From Elusimicrobiota bacterium (GTDB taxonomy: Bacteria > Elusimicrobiota > Elusimicrobia > UBA1565 > UBA9628): 64,000 nucleotides of DNA. Positions 63,836-64,000 of the stretch are shown in pieces (the first letter of the stretch is position 1; each line of letters begins with the position of its first letter). The position numbers and the translations under genes were made by a program. The notes below the pieces were generated by a model, which did no database searches, was not told the DNA's origin, and worked only from the letters and a program-made list of their open reading frames with translations. The DNA lies in contig JBBTJN010000033.1 in assembly GCA_038059415.1 (NCBI GenBank), positions 9,330-73,329 on the forward strand, given 5' to 3'.

Positions 63836-64000
63836 CTGCGCCTCGGCGGCCTGACGCCGCTGAGCACGGCGGACTATCCCGGCGCGCTGTCGGCGGTGCT
63901 GTTTTGCTGGGGCTGTCCCTGGCGCTGCGGCTATTGCCACAACTCGCACCTGGTCATGCCGGGCGCCGCGCCGCAGTGGACGTGGGAGGAGGCCCTCGAT
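63836..64000 (+). CDS. nrdG: Anaerobic RNR activating enzyme (radical SAM), N-terminal part. The start codon is unresolved.
   Basis: GLTPLSTADYPGALSAVLFCWGCPWRCGYCHNSHL is the canonical NrdG N-terminus with CxxxCxxC. No ATG is found in frame after the upstream stop, so the start may be non-canonical or at the GTG near 63895. Confidence 0.5.
   Translation, partial: MRLGGLTPLSTADYPGALSAVLFCWGCPWRCGYCHNSHLVMPGAAPQWTWEEALD

Noticed and set aside
1-64000. Dozens of 60-330 aa ORFs in the six-frame track on the opposite strand or in alternate frames of the genes called above, for example 746..1219, 1346..1669, 3239..4156, 4562..5263, 6226..6858, 8192..9115, 11937..12854, 15489..16610, 16628..17563, 19336..20160, 23786..24685, 32524..33189, 40255..41454, 43480..44253 and 51003..52634.
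   Set aside because: They are Arg/Ala/Pro/Gly-rich shadow ORFs typical of 70% GC DNA. They lack start signals and overlap well-supported genes with recognisable domains.
1-64000. tRNA, rRNA, integrase, transposase or phage genes, toxin-antitoxin pairs.
   Set aside because: None were recognisable by eye. No integrase, transposase or phage-like proteins were found in any frame. tRNA detection by eye in 70% GC DNA is unreliable, so absence is not proven.

Overview
This is a 64 kb window of high-GC (about 68-70%) bacterial DNA, apparently from an anaerobe, and it is gene-dense. Many genes are translationally coupled through ATGA/GTGA/TTGA start-stop overlaps, and GTG/TTG starts are frequent. The left edge (1-5250, minus strand) is an ordinary operon: moaA (partial), mobA, moeA, a hemerythrin-like protein, a PAS histidine kinase and a radical SAM (rSAM) enzyme. 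The right edge (57.6-64 kb) holds a lipoprotein, a Crp/Fnr regulator, a TrxB-like flavoprotein, an RlmN/Cfr-like rSAM fused to an isochorismatase-like domain, nrdD, a separate small glycyl-radical ORF and nrdG. Between them (about 6.2-57.6 kb) lies one very large accessory locus with six unusual components. (1) A His-Xaa-Ser (Hxs) type RiPP-like core: an HxsD-like protein, the HxsB SPASM rSAM and HxsA. HxsA is a precursor ending in about 25 tandem H-G/A-S tripeptide repeats. (2) About 20 further radical SAM enzymes. These include two B12-binding rSAMs, a tandem double-rSAM protein, SPASM rSAMs, and many that share a C-terminal CxxCx5CxG[VL][WY]...G.SEL tail. (3) Five paralogous nitrogenase-like heterodimer gene pairs of the NifD/K/BchN/B family, written here as B-type followed by A-type. 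Two of the B-type subunits are fused to an N-terminal NifH-like ATPase domain. There is also one stand-alone NifH-like gene. (4) Two giant ferredoxin-carbamoyltransferase (NodU/CmcH/HypF-like)-rSAM fusion proteins in inverted orientation, one of which has a degenerate rSAM Cys motif. (5) An A24-like membrane aspartyl peptidase and a TP-methylase-family methyltransferase. (6) Sigma-54 type promoters (-24 GG / -12 GC) at the divergent junction of the two nitrogenase-like blocks and upstream of a Mor-like regulator preceding hxsD. I read this as a previously undescribed, sigma-54-controlled biosynthetic system. It couples Hxs-type peptide maturation or a metallocofactor assembly line to nitrogenase-like reductases and carbamoyltransferases. 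No rRNA, tRNA, CRISPR or mobile elements were recognised.
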